Source: Carcharhinus amblyrhynchos (lineage: Eukaryota). Taken from it: 64,000 nucleotides of DNA. This document shows positions 52,161 through 64,000 of the stretch, piece by piece (positions within the stretch are counted from its first letter, which is position 1; the number at the start of each line of letters is the position of its first letter). The position numbers and the translations under genes were made by a program. The stretch lies in contig OZ336885.1 of assembly GCA_965287045.1 (NCBI GenBank), positions 66,402,001 to 66,466,000 on the forward strand, written 5' to 3'. The notes below the pieces were generated by a model. That model was not told the DNA's origin. It searched no databases and saw only the letters and a list, made by a program, of their open reading frames with translations.

Positions 52161-53159
52161 CACAGACAATATGCGGGACAACATGAACATTGAATAATAG
52201 CTTTTGCTTTGTAACAGGCCTTCATGATTTAACTTGACACTTTGATAAGTCTCGTTTTAGTAACGTCCTGGGGCAGAAACCTGATTGGAAGAATGCACAC
52301 TTCCACTTCCTGGAAAAATGGGAAAAGATTCAGGAAGCGAGAAAACTTAAAAGAATCTGCGGAATGAAATTTTAAGTCTGCATGCAAATTATTTAAATCT
52401 TATTATTGAATGTCCTTATTGAATTAATGAATGTCCAAATCCCTTTAGCTATGCCTCCAACAAAACAATCAATATTTTAAATTCAGTGAATACTCCTGAA
52501 TATCTTGACAATGTCGATCAAACCACTGACTAACATTCGAAATTTCAGAGTATACGACGTTGAAATCCGGTATTACTTTGGCTGCCTCCAACACCTCCCA
52601 TCAACACACCAAATGTTAAATTTACTATGCACCTCCATTGCCTCCGGTTGTCTTTCTTTCTCACTGGAAAGATCTTTCCTGAGAATTATTGAATGTTTTC
52701 TCAACGGTTTTCTACTGCATCCCTAGTGTCCTAAGATTTCAGCCAGTTTCCAGTCCGGCATTAACCTACTGTGCCTTGACACGTTAATAATTGTCTTTAT
52801 TTTGGGTTAAAAGACAAGACTCAATACCACGTTTCTCAGATAAAAACTGAACGCAAAATTCTATCACATTATGATTCTTTCACGTGGACACATCTTTGCT
52901 CTGAAGGTCTTGATCAATCGTGTCTCCCTTTGCATTACCAAGTGTAGATCAACCTGCTCTCTCGATTGCACTAGAAACTGTACTATAAGAAATCGTCTCA
53001 AATACGTATGTGTAACTAAATATCCAATCCACCTTTCCCTACCTGACCTTTCCAATCTGCATGTTTATTAATTGATCATAATTATTGCAGTAACTTGCTT
53101 AAATGCACCATATATTTCTGATTACCACAACAAAACTGTTTTATTATTTCGCAGGTTGT

Positions 53160-53780
53160 GGACATTGTTGACTCATCCAAAATTTGTTATCCATACCTGC
53201 CCTATAAGAACGGTTGGCAAGTGTTTGCTTAAACCTTTGCAATCATCGTGGTAACAGTACACCCACAGGACTGTTAGGGAGGGAGATTGTAGCAATGGTG
53301 GAGAAGCGGCTTTGAAATTTCAACTAAGGCTCCTGTGTTGATTGGAGTTTTGGGAGGAGTTTGCGAGTTCAAGTGCGGGTATTGCTTTGTGTCTGTCGGA
53401 TTTGGAGGCTGCTGTCGAAGGAGCATGAGTATGTTGCCAGATGCTTCATGCAGATGCTGCACCTTGTGTTTAAAATTGGTGAGAGGACTGACTGATGAAC
53501 TTATTGAATGGGGTGCAAAGAAGTGGCTGGCTTTGTCTGGCACGTTTTCAAGCTTCTTTTATTCTAATATAAATGCTTCAACTATTGGAAGTAAGTGGAA
53601 CATATTATACAGGCTCCTAATTCGTGCCTTGCAGATGGAATTCCAAATGTCAAAACGTGAATCACCTGCCAAAGTATGTGACCTGCTCTTGCAGCAATAG
53701 CTTTGATATGGCCACTCCATGTCAATTCTTCTTTCTCAGCAATGTTGGCATTCACTGTGTTCATAATGGGGTCACATTGG
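53160..53780 (-). mobile_element. Degenerate 3' part of the same LINE family as 14800-15310
   Basis: ELTWSGHIKAIAARAGHIL and the downstream HEAS..LLRQQPPNP pattern. Confidence 0.55.
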
Positions 53781-53804
53781 CAATGCTAATTGTTTGGCAT
53801 TGAA

Positions 53805-55830
53805 TCAGAAAATCATACAGTGTAGAAGAGGCCCTTCAGCCCATCGAGTTTGCAGAAACGGATAAGCATCACCTGAACTCGCACATAAACTCATCTGCCA
53901 GCACTGGGCCCATCGCCCTAAATGTAATGGTGTGTCAAGTACATTTAAAATGATGTGAGGCAAAAAGCCACTACCACACTCACAGGCATTGCAGACCGTC
54001 ACCACGCTCTGGTATAAGTTGTTTTCCTGACATTTCCCCTCAACCTCCTGCCCTCACTTAACCCAACATCCCCTTGTGTCTGACTCTTCAACTAAAGGGA
54101 ACAGCGGTTCCTTATCGACTCTGTCTATGTCCCTCATTGTATTGTACCATTCGATCAGGATGCCCCTCAGACCTTTCCATTTCCATGAATACAGCCCAAA
54201 CCTACCTGACCTAACTTCATCACACAATGTTCAATCCTAGGCAACATCCATGTTGAAGCTCCTCTGCAATACCTCCAGTTCAATCATATCCTTCTGATAA
54301 TGCGGCAATTAGAACTGCACACAGTACTCTAGCTGGGCCCTCTCCTAATTTCTATAATGCTCCAACATGACTGCCCTGCTTTTGTAATCGATGCCTCGAT
54401 TGATAAATGCAAGTATCCCATCTGCCTTTTCCGCCACCCAACTAAATGCTCTTCTGCCTTCAGGGAGCTGTGAACAAACACACCAATATCCTTTTGTTTC
54501 ATAGAACTTCCGAGTGTTCTACCATTAAATGAGTACTTACTTGTCAAAATTCTCATTCTAACGTGCATCCCGAGATGTTTTCAAGGTTATATTCTATCTG
54601 CCATTTATCTGGCCATGTGATCATTCCATCTATATCTTCTTATAGCCCAAGACATTCTGCCTCACTGTTAACCACCCGACGAATTGTTGTGTCATCTGCA
54701 ATCTTACTAATCCACCTCCCACATAGTCATGTAGGTCAATTTTGTAAAAAGCAAATAAGAGAGGGACCAGAGCAGATTCTTTTGGTACATCACTAAACAT
54801 TGGTTTTATTTCTCTAAAGTAGCCTTCTGTCATCACCCTCTGTCTCCTACAACTGAGTGAATTCTGAATCCATTTTATCAAATTAATCTGTATCCCATGT
54901 GCATTTATCTTATTTATGTAGGATCTTGTCAAAGACTTTGCTAAAGGCCACTAAGCTACATCGGCTGCACTACCACGGTAGCACAGTGGTCACCCCACCA
55001 GGGACACACGTTTGATTTCCGGCTTGAGTCACTAACTGTGTACAGTTTGCACATTCTCTCCGTTTCTGTGTAGGTTTTCTCTGTGTGCTCCGGTTTCGTC
55101 TCACATTCTGAAAGACGTGCTGGTTAGTTGCATTGACCCGAACAGGTGCTGAAAAGTGGCGAGCGTGGGAATTTCACAGTAACTTAATTGCAGTGTTAAT
55201 GTAAGCCTTACTACTGACTTATTTAAAAAAAAAGCTTTACTTTAATTTAAACTTATCTACCCACCTGATCACCTCCTCTAAATATTCATTTATTTTTGGC
55301 ATGACCTGCCTCTGACAAAAGTACATTGACTATCCCTGATCAACAATTGCCTCTCCAAGAGAAGATGGATGCTCTCTTTCAGAAACTTCACCAATAGTTT
55401 CCCACCACTGATGAGAGAATCCCTCGTCTGCAGTTCCCATTTTTATCTCTATAACCCTTCTTAATAACCACGTTAGTTATTCTCTCGTCAACTGACACCT
55501 CCTCCGTGGCCAGACACGAATTGAAAATTTGGGCCAGTTCTCTTGAAAATTCTTCCCTTGCCTCCCATAGCAGCCTAGGAAAAAGTTTATCTAAATCTGG
55601 AGATTTATCCATTTCTGAGGCTGCCAACACCTACATACGTTATCCTTCCTTAAGTCAAACTGTTCAAGAACCTCACAGTCTCCATCCATGAATTATCTTT
55701 CATCGTCCTCATTTTCTTGCGTGAAGAGGGATGTGAACTATTCAACACTCTACGAATGTCCTCTGGCTCTAGCCACAGATTGTCAATTTGGCCCGTAGTG
55801 GGCCCTAACCTTTCCCTAGTTATTCACTTC
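53805..55830 (-). mobile_element. Degenerate CR1 LINE interrupted by a SINE
   Basis: DKSPDLDKLFPRLLWEAREE, RRQRV and VPKESALVPLLF, with tail gaagaggcccttcagcccatcgag. Confidence 0.85.
54974..55240 (+). mobile_element. V-domain SINE, second tail type, inserted in a CR1
   Basis: Head cacggtagcacagtgg, V core and tail ttcacagtaacttaattgcagtgttaatgtaagcc. Confidence 0.82.
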
Positions 55831-57287
55831 ATGGCATACCGAGCTGCAGTGATTATTATCCCTCGCTTTGGACATGATCAACCCCTAGCAGGTGCTCTGC
55901 ATTAATTTTATGCGTAACATATCAGACATAGACTGGAATACACCATTTCAAATTTGAAGAGTTGCACAAATGATGCTGAACTTCTTACAATCTTCAGAAA
56001 AACTCTCCACTTCTGACTTTCTGATGGTGGGAGAAGATCATAGACAAAAGGACAGAAGATGTTCAAGCCTAGAATACTACCCTGACCAACTTCAACTATG
56101 ATGACCTGGAACTAGGACACTGACCTCAAACTCAACGTTTATAAAGGTTATGAATCTAACTCGAGGATTGTATTCCCGCTGGATCCCCTTGACTCTAATT
56201 TTGCTGGTGTTCTGTGATGAAACCCCTCGTGAAATGCAGCATTTATGTTCAGGACAGGCAGTCACACATCAGCTCCAAGACTGTTGTCATCCCAATCAAA
56301 TTTATGTTTTCAATTTCTTAGCCTTCCATTGATTTGCTGGACATTTTTTTTGTAATTGATAACTTCATCCCTAATGTAGCACTAATTATATATCTCATTA
56401 TCAGAGTTATCCCAACAGTTACTTTTATTTTAGAAATGCCATATTTGTTGTAATGTTAAGGTCCCAGCGTTTATCACCCCATGACTATTCATCTTTGATG
56501 GTAAGCAGTTCATATGTACCCAAGTCTATCTGTGCTAAGAAGGGATTACTTTTATAGTTTAGGAATTAGGAGCGAATTCTAATGCAAATTGTTTAACACT
56601 GCCTACTTTAATTTAATTTTCAATTTAAGTTTTGCTTTGTCTGTTATTAGACTCTTGGAGCTGGTTCTCTGATTCTTCCTATGATAGTCTGGCTGTCATT
56701 ACTAAATCCCTCTGATCCTTTAGAATTTCATTGTTACATTTGTGATACTGCATTTCCCCTAGTTTTGCCCACAATTTAACTTAAAGCCCTTGCTACCAAC
56801 TTAGTTATATTACTGACCAGAACTTTTCTCCCAACACAGATCCAGACATTGCAATCAAACAACTTTTAAGTTCCCCATAACCGATGCTAGTCCCTATGAA
56901 CAAAACCCATTTCTGGGTGCCAGTCTTCACAACATGCATTTTTTTTTAGTGTCAATACCCTCTACAATATTTGTCACGTAGGCATTAACTCCAGAGTTAA
57001 TTGCTTCTGAGCTACCACTTTCTAAATCAGTCCCTCCTTGTTCATTATCCCAAAACAAACAATCTGTCAGTTCTATCGATGACACGAGCACCCACACAAA
57101 GTACAAAAACCTGATCTCCGCACTTCAACTGCAAGCTCCATTCAAATCCAAGCAGCCGTTGGAGCCATCCAATGAACAATAGCACAAGGTTCTACATTTT
57201 TGCTCTTAGCTACATTATGAAAAGTGATGGAGGGAGATACATAGAAAAATGAAAAAGTCATCTGGTAGCACATAACTGCTTTATTCA

Positions 57288-58186
57288 TCACTGTGTTAAA
57301 CTCCAAATTGAAACAAAGGGATATTTCAGCACATGTTTCACTTGTTCCCGAAACTTAGACTGTGTGATTGCATAAATGCAAGTGTTTGTGCAGCAACTAA
57401 GGAGTTGCAACATGAGGCCTATTTCGAGCACAAACCAATCTAAATGTATAGTTTCATACCCCAAAAATGACATTCTCCTCCATATAGAATAAAACATGAA
57501 CAATGACCATAGCAGAATGAAATTTGCTGAGATAACAAATAATAAAACAATGGATTTCTTCCGACTCTCCATCTCTGGGTCTCTTGGATTTTCCCTATTG
57601 TTGTGCGCTCGCAGTCTCCTACGAGCACTGCTGGTGATTAGAATGTATCGGATGGTGAAAAAATTGAGCACAAGAATGAGGACAAATGGGACACATGGGT
57701 TTAGAATGTAATGGAGGAACTCAACTGATCCCCATACTGTAGATTCCAGAGCATTTTCGATTGCATAACAGAACCAGGGGGCGTTGTCCAGGGAATACCA
57801 ACCTGTTAGTATAAAATACCAGTAGGTATTCTTTAAACAGCTCAGGACAGTCACTGTTCCCAGAACCACAGATGCAGTTTTTTGAGTGCAATATTTATTT
57901 TTCAGCTTCTGGCAGCAAATGGCAACACAACGATCAAATGTGAAGGTGACGGTGAACCAGACAGAACAATCAGTGGCTGCATAAAGCAGGACAGCATGGA
58001 TATTGCACACAGGGATGTACATCAAGAAACTAAACTGATCATCAAAAACTATTGGAATTTGCCTCAAAATCAGGTCAAAGATAACGACCAGTAGATCTCC
58101 CACAGCCATGGCCACCAGGTAGCGAGTGACACACTTTGAGAGACCGCACTTGCCACGATGAAGGATACTGATCGTCAATGAGTTTA
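57288..58186 (-). CDS. Class A GPCR, GPR139/GPR142-like, coding exon 2 (end of TM1 to C-terminus)
   Basis: Acceptor tttccattccacacag|, phase 1. Uninterrupted frame with YLVAMAVGDLL (TM2), SVWFTVTFTFDRC (TM3), PCVPF (TM5), ISANFILLW (TM6) and CCTNTCIY...KFR (TM7/H8). Confidence 0.93.
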
Positions 58187-58872
58187 CTGTGTGGAATGGA
58201 AACACACATAGAAATTAAACATTAGGGTGAGAACAAAATTACCCCTTTTGCAGAAGTTGTATTAAGATTTGCCATTGTTTTGCTGTAGTCAGTGATCTGT
58301 TGATGAGAATGGACAGAAAATTTCAAACAAAATGTTTTCGAAAATGAAGAATTCAGTTACCAGTAATGATGCTGAAATGCTCATTCTCAGATTTGATCAT
58401 GTTCAGAACCCTGCCCTTCCTCCCTCCGTCACCCCTTCTGCACATCCACACCACCCCCGCCTCCCCTCCCCATGCACCCACGGCACGGGATTCACCCATT
58501 CCTGGGACACTACCAAACTGTGAATAGTCCCCTACACCCACCCCACAATTTTCAGCTTCCAACTTCCATTGACATTACTCTCCCAAAGTCTGAACTGGCC
58601 TGGCAACTATAACTCTGCGAGTGACGACCCTACTTGATACCTCCAAAGACCATCAAACTCACTGAAGCCAGGTACGACCACAGCTCACAAACTCCAGCAC
58701 TCTCGCACAAGTAGTGAATACAGCCTCCCCAGGAATACTGACCCACGAGCCGTCCCACCCAGCCCTGCTGTCCAATGTTTGACAGTAACCCCCACAAGGC
58801 CACAGCAGAACCCCAAACATGGATTATTGAAAAATCAAGCCCTGCTGCAACTTCCAAAATTAAACCAATTAA

Positions 58873-59003
58873 GTTCTATACACGTATCTTATCCCTGACA
58901 TATCAGTGACATTTAAGCCTGGAAATTGTCTACTTTCCTGTAGGTTCTATACTCGTACCTTATTACTGTCATATCAATGACATTTAAGCCTGGAAAATGC
59001 CTA
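58873..59003. repeat. Imperfect direct tandem duplication (about 60 bp, period 71) in the GPCR intron
   Basis: gttctata..cgta..tta..atatca.tgacatttaagcctggaaa.tg.cta occurs at 58873 and 58944. Confidence 0.85.
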
Positions 59004-59594
59004 GATTATGACATTTCAAAGGGTCCTCCTTACAGCAGAATGTACAGCATTGTGCATTTGATCATTTGTTCCCTCAAAATAATGTCTAACCGAGACAAAC
59101 ATCAAACGATGTGTTATATACAATTCCTCCCAATACATCCTCCATTATGTGCTTCAACCTAAGCTGTGCCTTTTGAAATAGAAATCACAAATCTACCTCC
59201 TTATATTAAGAATATAACTCATGGCTATCTTTAATTCTTGTTACAGTAATAATGTGTTTTGAACCAACTGCCCCTTGCTGATTGGCAGATATCTACCGCT
59301 CTAAGGTAGACTCTGTTAGCAGCCTAATTAACTCAATTGGAGCTTCAAAGATCTATGTCCAAAGGTGAAAATTAATTGAAATTTAAGTTAGAGAAAAACA
59401 AGTCAGGGCAAAGGTCACCACACAAAACTTCTAATTGTGCACGTAGTGACTTACTCCAGCATATCTTCAACTTGAAACATCCCTTTGATGAGTAAAGCAA
59501 ATGACTATGAAAAGCAAAAACAACTAGAAGGGAAGGATAAAGATTGGCAAATTGATACTTAAAACTGGCTTCAATGGTGGTTATAGAGTCTTAC

Positions 59595-59769
59595 CTGGGA
59601 CACCAACAATAGCAAGGATGGGGTAGTAAAAGAATTGAATCAACCGAAGTGCATAATAGGTCAGCCATGTCCAGTGATAATGTTTTGTAAGACGGTCGTA
59701 CCAAAATGATAGCCCCCTTTCCATTGTCGTACCATTCCATCCTATTGTTCTCAAATTCGGATCTCTCAT
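59595..59769 (-). CDS. GPR139/GPR142-like GPCR, coding exon 1 (N-terminus and most of TM1)
   Basis: ATG at 59769, MRDPNL...NGT...FYYPILAIVGVP then G|gtaaga. The phase-1 join to exon 2 restores GVPVN (TM1 GxxxN). Spliced CDS is 1074 nt, 357 aa. Confidence 0.88.
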
Positions 59770-61597
59770 TTTCCACTATATCTCGGCTTCTGATCTGTAT
59801 TGTTGCTGGAGCTGCTGCTCCCACTGACACAACGGCACAACACCCTGAAAGCAACCCCTTATTAATGAGTATGGGAACCTCCAGTGACACAATTATAGTC
59901 CATGGAGACTAAAATTAATTAATGTTACTGACAAACGTAGTTGTTATCACCTTTCAATCCAACAATTTATAGCCAGCAGTAGGTTACAGAATTCATCAAT
60001 ATATGCAATGATTGAACTTTGCTTAGGGCAGGACATGGAGGGAAAAGTGGTGACAGTGGCCTCTTCACTCCACCTTGGAGTAGGGAAGGACATCAGATGA
60101 GTGAAGAATGAAAAGAGGGATAAATACTGAGCAGTTTATCTAATGTCCAGGATACACTGGGAAAACTTTATTGCCTTTTAGCTGGGAGAGAATAATTCGC
60201 ATGTTGGAAAAACAATGGTTTAAAAGCAAATTTGGGGCATGGTCTCCATATCTAAAGTTTACACTGCCTTATTTTTGTACGAATATATGGACATAAAGCA
60301 CGGGAGTATGAGGTTGTAATTATGGCCATCAAGTGTGCTTCTCCACTCACTGAGATTATGATCTGGAAGCGGCCTGAACTCCATGTTCCTTTCATGTTGC
60401 TTTAATCCCTTGTCCCACCTATTTATGCTTTTGGTGGAAGAGAAGTTCAGCGACTAAGAATCATCTGATGGAAGGCAAATCTCCTCAACTTGGTTGTCAA
60501 TATTTTGATTGATAAACTGTGTCCCATAGTCTAGTTTTCCCCACACGTGTAACCATCCTAGCACTATGCATCCTGTTGAATCCTATAAGCATGATATGTG
60601 AAAATGTATGCTGAGGTTTGGTGTTTCTAAAAGCACAACAGGTATCGGGCGTGCATGTTAAAGGCTTCGCTCTCAGGCAAGCCATTCATCCATTGACTAA
60701 GGTGTAAGTGGCTCAATGGGGTTTTAACTTTTAATTTGCTGAAAGATCTTCAATCAAGCAAACCTGAGTTTTTGGCTAAAGTTGTTCTTTTTCACTGTGA
60801 TATTTCTTGTGGCCAGTGACCTGGAATTTGTCAAAGAACAGAAGGTATCTGATTCAACAATTTGTCTTTGGCAGGAATGAGTTGTGAACAGACTTTTGGG
60901 AGCCAGAGTTCCTTAGCTGGGTGAGCAATGTAAACAATATGCAGCAAATGATGTGGTCTGAAGTGACCAATGATAAGATTGTTGTATTTGATTGGCCTAA
61001 CCGAACGATGCAATCAGAGTTCTGATCAATTCACTGGCTGATTACCAAAGAACTTTTTTGAGTTTTGACTCTAACAGCACAAACAGCAAGTTCAGGAAGG
61101 CAGTATGAGGGACCAGGGAACAAATCTCACAAAGAGACACAACATCTGGAAGGAGAAGAGAACAAAGAACTAATCATGGCCAGGCTTTAATTGAAAGTGG
61201 AAATCAACCTTTAATTAAGTAAAGTAACAGATAGTGAGTATTTGGCTTATGCATGGCAAGTATTTACTGTTGTTTAAGGAGCTACAGAATAAAGGAAAAA
61301 AAATTAAAGTCCACGTTGAATCTTTAATTGTTACAGAGATTAAAACATGCAAGTTGAACAACAATAAATGGCATCCCAGAGGGGACCCGATAAGAAATAA
61401 TTGTAAATGCTGCTCTGGGTTGAGCTCTTACAATTTTTAAGTGATTTTGAACAAACCTGATGTTTACTCTGAGTGAATAAACACAATACAGGAAACCTTA
61501 TATTCAGTAGTATCTTGATAGCTGACCTTGATAAGGGATTAAAGACTTATCTTTTGATGTATTTTTGCGGGTGGATTGATTCACATTCATGACACAC

Positions 61598-61933
61598 CAT
61601 AAAGATATCATAGAGCCCTACAGTGCAGAAAGAGGCCCTTCGAGTCTGTACCGAACACAATCCCACCCAGGCCCTAGCCCCATATCCCTATATATTATTA
61701 CCCACTAATCCCAGCATTTTAGGACACACTAAGGGGCAATTTTAGCATGGCCAATCAACCTAACCTGCACATCTTTGGACTGTGGGAGGAAAACGGTGCA
61801 CGCGGAGAAAACCCACACAGACACGAGGAGAACATGCAAACTCCACACAGACAGTGACCCGAGCCAGGAATCGAACGCAGGTCCCTGGAGCTGCGAAACA
61901 GCAGTTTTAACCGATGTGCTACCGTGCCGCCCA
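61598..61933 (-). mobile_element. V-domain SINE (HE1-like), full length
   Basis: Head ggcggcacggtagcac and a B-box-like gttcgattcc on the - strand, V core and CR1-type tail. Confidence 0.88.
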
Positions 61934-62019
61934 GGTTAGGGGAAGTAATTTTTAACACAAGTCAAGTTCGTGTGCAAAATTGCCTGTCTTTCCCCCTTAC
62001 CTTAAACTAGATATAACGG

Positions 62020-62760
62020 AGAAAATGGCAGAGTGTTTGAAATGGGAAGAAATAGTAGGAGGTTATCCCCATACTAAATAACCATGTCGGGTGGATTTTT
62101 GTATCACTAACGAAGAGGATCTGGGATCCGTGAGTCAAAAATGTTGGAACAAAAGGTGTCGAGCCCAAAGGAAGTGAATTGATAAAATGAGTAAAGTTAC
62201 AGAGATTGCGATTTGTTTGGGGCAATTGCAGAGAGAAGAAATGGAAGTTAACCGTTTAAATGATGAACTAGAGAATGCAAGGTTAGAAACAGAGTTACTG
62301 CGATGAACAATAAAGATGAGAGATGAGTTACAGCATGTGGTAATATAGAAGTAAAGAAAGTGCAGGAGGGTGTTAAAATTAAAACGAATAGCATGGAGAA
62401 GGAAATAGAAGGGCTTGGAGTTAAAGTGGCAGATCAAGAACAAAGAAATAAAATTAACATGCTGCACATGGCTCACTTTCAGGTTCAGTGTGAAAACGTT
62501 TATCATGGAAAGGAGCGAGCTATTATTGAAAACGACCGAGGCGGAAAACAAGCTGTGTCTGTATTAACAGAGAAATGCACAAATCAGCAGGCAGCATTTC
62601 AGGTCTTACACCAAGTCAGAAATGAAAAGTAGCCTTCCACAGCTGATCATTCAAAGTGCCAGCGAGAAATTGAATAGCTGAAGTCACAATTATCAATAGA
62701 GCAGGGAATGGTGTGTACATTTGAAAGAGTTGAGGTGCAGGCTGAAGATAACGCAGTAGG
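62020..62760 (+). mobile_element. Probable decayed Gypsy-type gag N-terminal coiled-coil region (possible LTR upstream at about 60800-61520)
   Basis: Purine-rich broken frame MAECLKWEE..NEEDLGS..IAICLGQLQREEMEV..DHSKCQREIE*LKSQLSIEQG, with AATAAA at about 61476 upstream. Recognised by eye only. Confidence 0.45.
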
Positions 62761-63502
62761 TCTGGGTGCCTTGCAGGTAGCAACAGATCAATATTTAGAT
62801 ACAAGTTTTCACGTAACCTATTACCAGGCGTATCTTCTGGTTCCTCAACTTCTGACGGGATTCAATAATCGCTTGTCAGAAATAGGCGGAAGAATCGGCA
62901 CAAGAATAAGTTTTCAAATCTTTTGCATACAAGTGAATAATGTTGCAGGGCACAATAACTTTGAAATAAATCGACAGATGCATATTAAGTGATTCACCGT
63001 ACAAAATGTGATTATACTCAACCTGGAAACGTTGGAAAGGTTCGGGGAAGAAAGAGAAGCTGCTGGTTTATTGGCAACACGTTTAGGAACACAAAAAATA
63101 AACAGTAGTCCCTGACGTCCAACAAGGCTGCTTCGCCGTTAAATTTGATCATGATGCATTTATGGGAATGGTGTGTTGCATTCTTCATAATACACTCAGC
63201 TAACCACATGTCATCATTTTGTTTTAGAATTATCTATGAGATTTCATCATTTCATAAATGACGGAATTAGAAATGTATTTCATCCCTGCTTATAGTAATG
63301 ATTCCTAATGTCAATTTTTAATGATCAGGCTCTGATTATAAAGTTATGGATCCTTAGCCTCGTACCTGTCAATTGGCACCATTGTTCTCTTTTAACCCCA
63401 TCAATTTTGTTCACCATTCGAACGAACCTGGTAACTATTTGACATTATAATTCAAAACAAACATACCCCTCCTCTGAATGACCCATTCTCAGAATTCCAT
63501 GT

Positions 63503-64000
63503 TTGGAGATCTGTAATTATAGGTCAGTTAGTATTACTTTGGTGATTGATAAGTTAATGGAAAGAATCCTGAGAGATAGGATTTATGACCATTTGGAAAG
63601 ATGCAGTTTAATCCGGGATAGTCAGCCCGGTTTCATGAGGGCTAAATCCTGCCTCAGAAATTTGATTGAATTGTTTGAGGAGGTAACTAAGTGTGTAGAC
63701 GAAGGTAGAGCAGTTGATGTTGTATACATGGATTTTAGTAAGACATTTGATAAGGTTCCCCATGGTAGGTTCATGAAGAAGATAAGGAGGTGTGCGATAG
63801 AAGGAAATGTGGCTGATTGAATAAGTAACTGGCTGCCTCATAGAAGACAGAGGGTGGTGATGGAAGGGAAATTTTCAGACTAAAGGCCAGTAACCAGCAG
63901 TGTACCACAGGGGTCAGTGTTGGGTCCTCTGCTATTTCTGGTTTCTATCAATGACTTGGAAGAGGGGGCTGAAGGATGGGTTAGTAAATTTGCTGATGAC
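63503..64000 (+). mobile_element. CR1 LINE RT fragment running off the window end
   Basis: [51 protein letters not shown]. Confidence 0.93.

Noticed and set aside
61860-61933. tRNA gene-like A/B boxes (also at about 2680-2735)
   Set aside because: These are SINE heads continuous with V-domain bodies and do not form a full cloverleaf.

Overview
This is repeat-rich vertebrate genomic DNA, not prokaryotic. The CR1 LINEs, V-domain tRNA SINEs, Penelope-like element and two-exon GPR139-like receptor point to a cartilaginous fish such as a shark (inference). Two host genes are supported. (1) The 3' half of a + strand butyrophilin-like gene: five 27-36 nt phase-1/phase-1 micro-exons (282-33491) splice in frame into a coiled-coil segment, followed by a divergent B30.2/PRY-SPRY terminal exon (34397-34911). 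Ig and TM exons are not visible and would lie upstream of the window. (2) An intact two-exon class A GPCR on the - strand (59769-57288, 357 aa). The rest is mostly transposon-derived: a nested SINE < Penelope (with two minimal hammerhead motifs) < young CR1 stack at 15.7-20.0 kb, a decayed near full-length CR1 with an esterase-type ORF1, a CR1 with a V-SINE-like segment in its 3' UTR, a decayed endogenous retrovirus with gamma-type env (about 41.2-48.7 kb) split by a MITE, a Harbinger Myb remnant, a probable Gypsy gag remnant and a 27-bp degenerate minisatellite. One orphan spliced ORF candidate lies at 38.4-39.2 kb. I see no clearly new biological system. All family assignments are by eye, no database search was run, and repeat boundaries are approximate.
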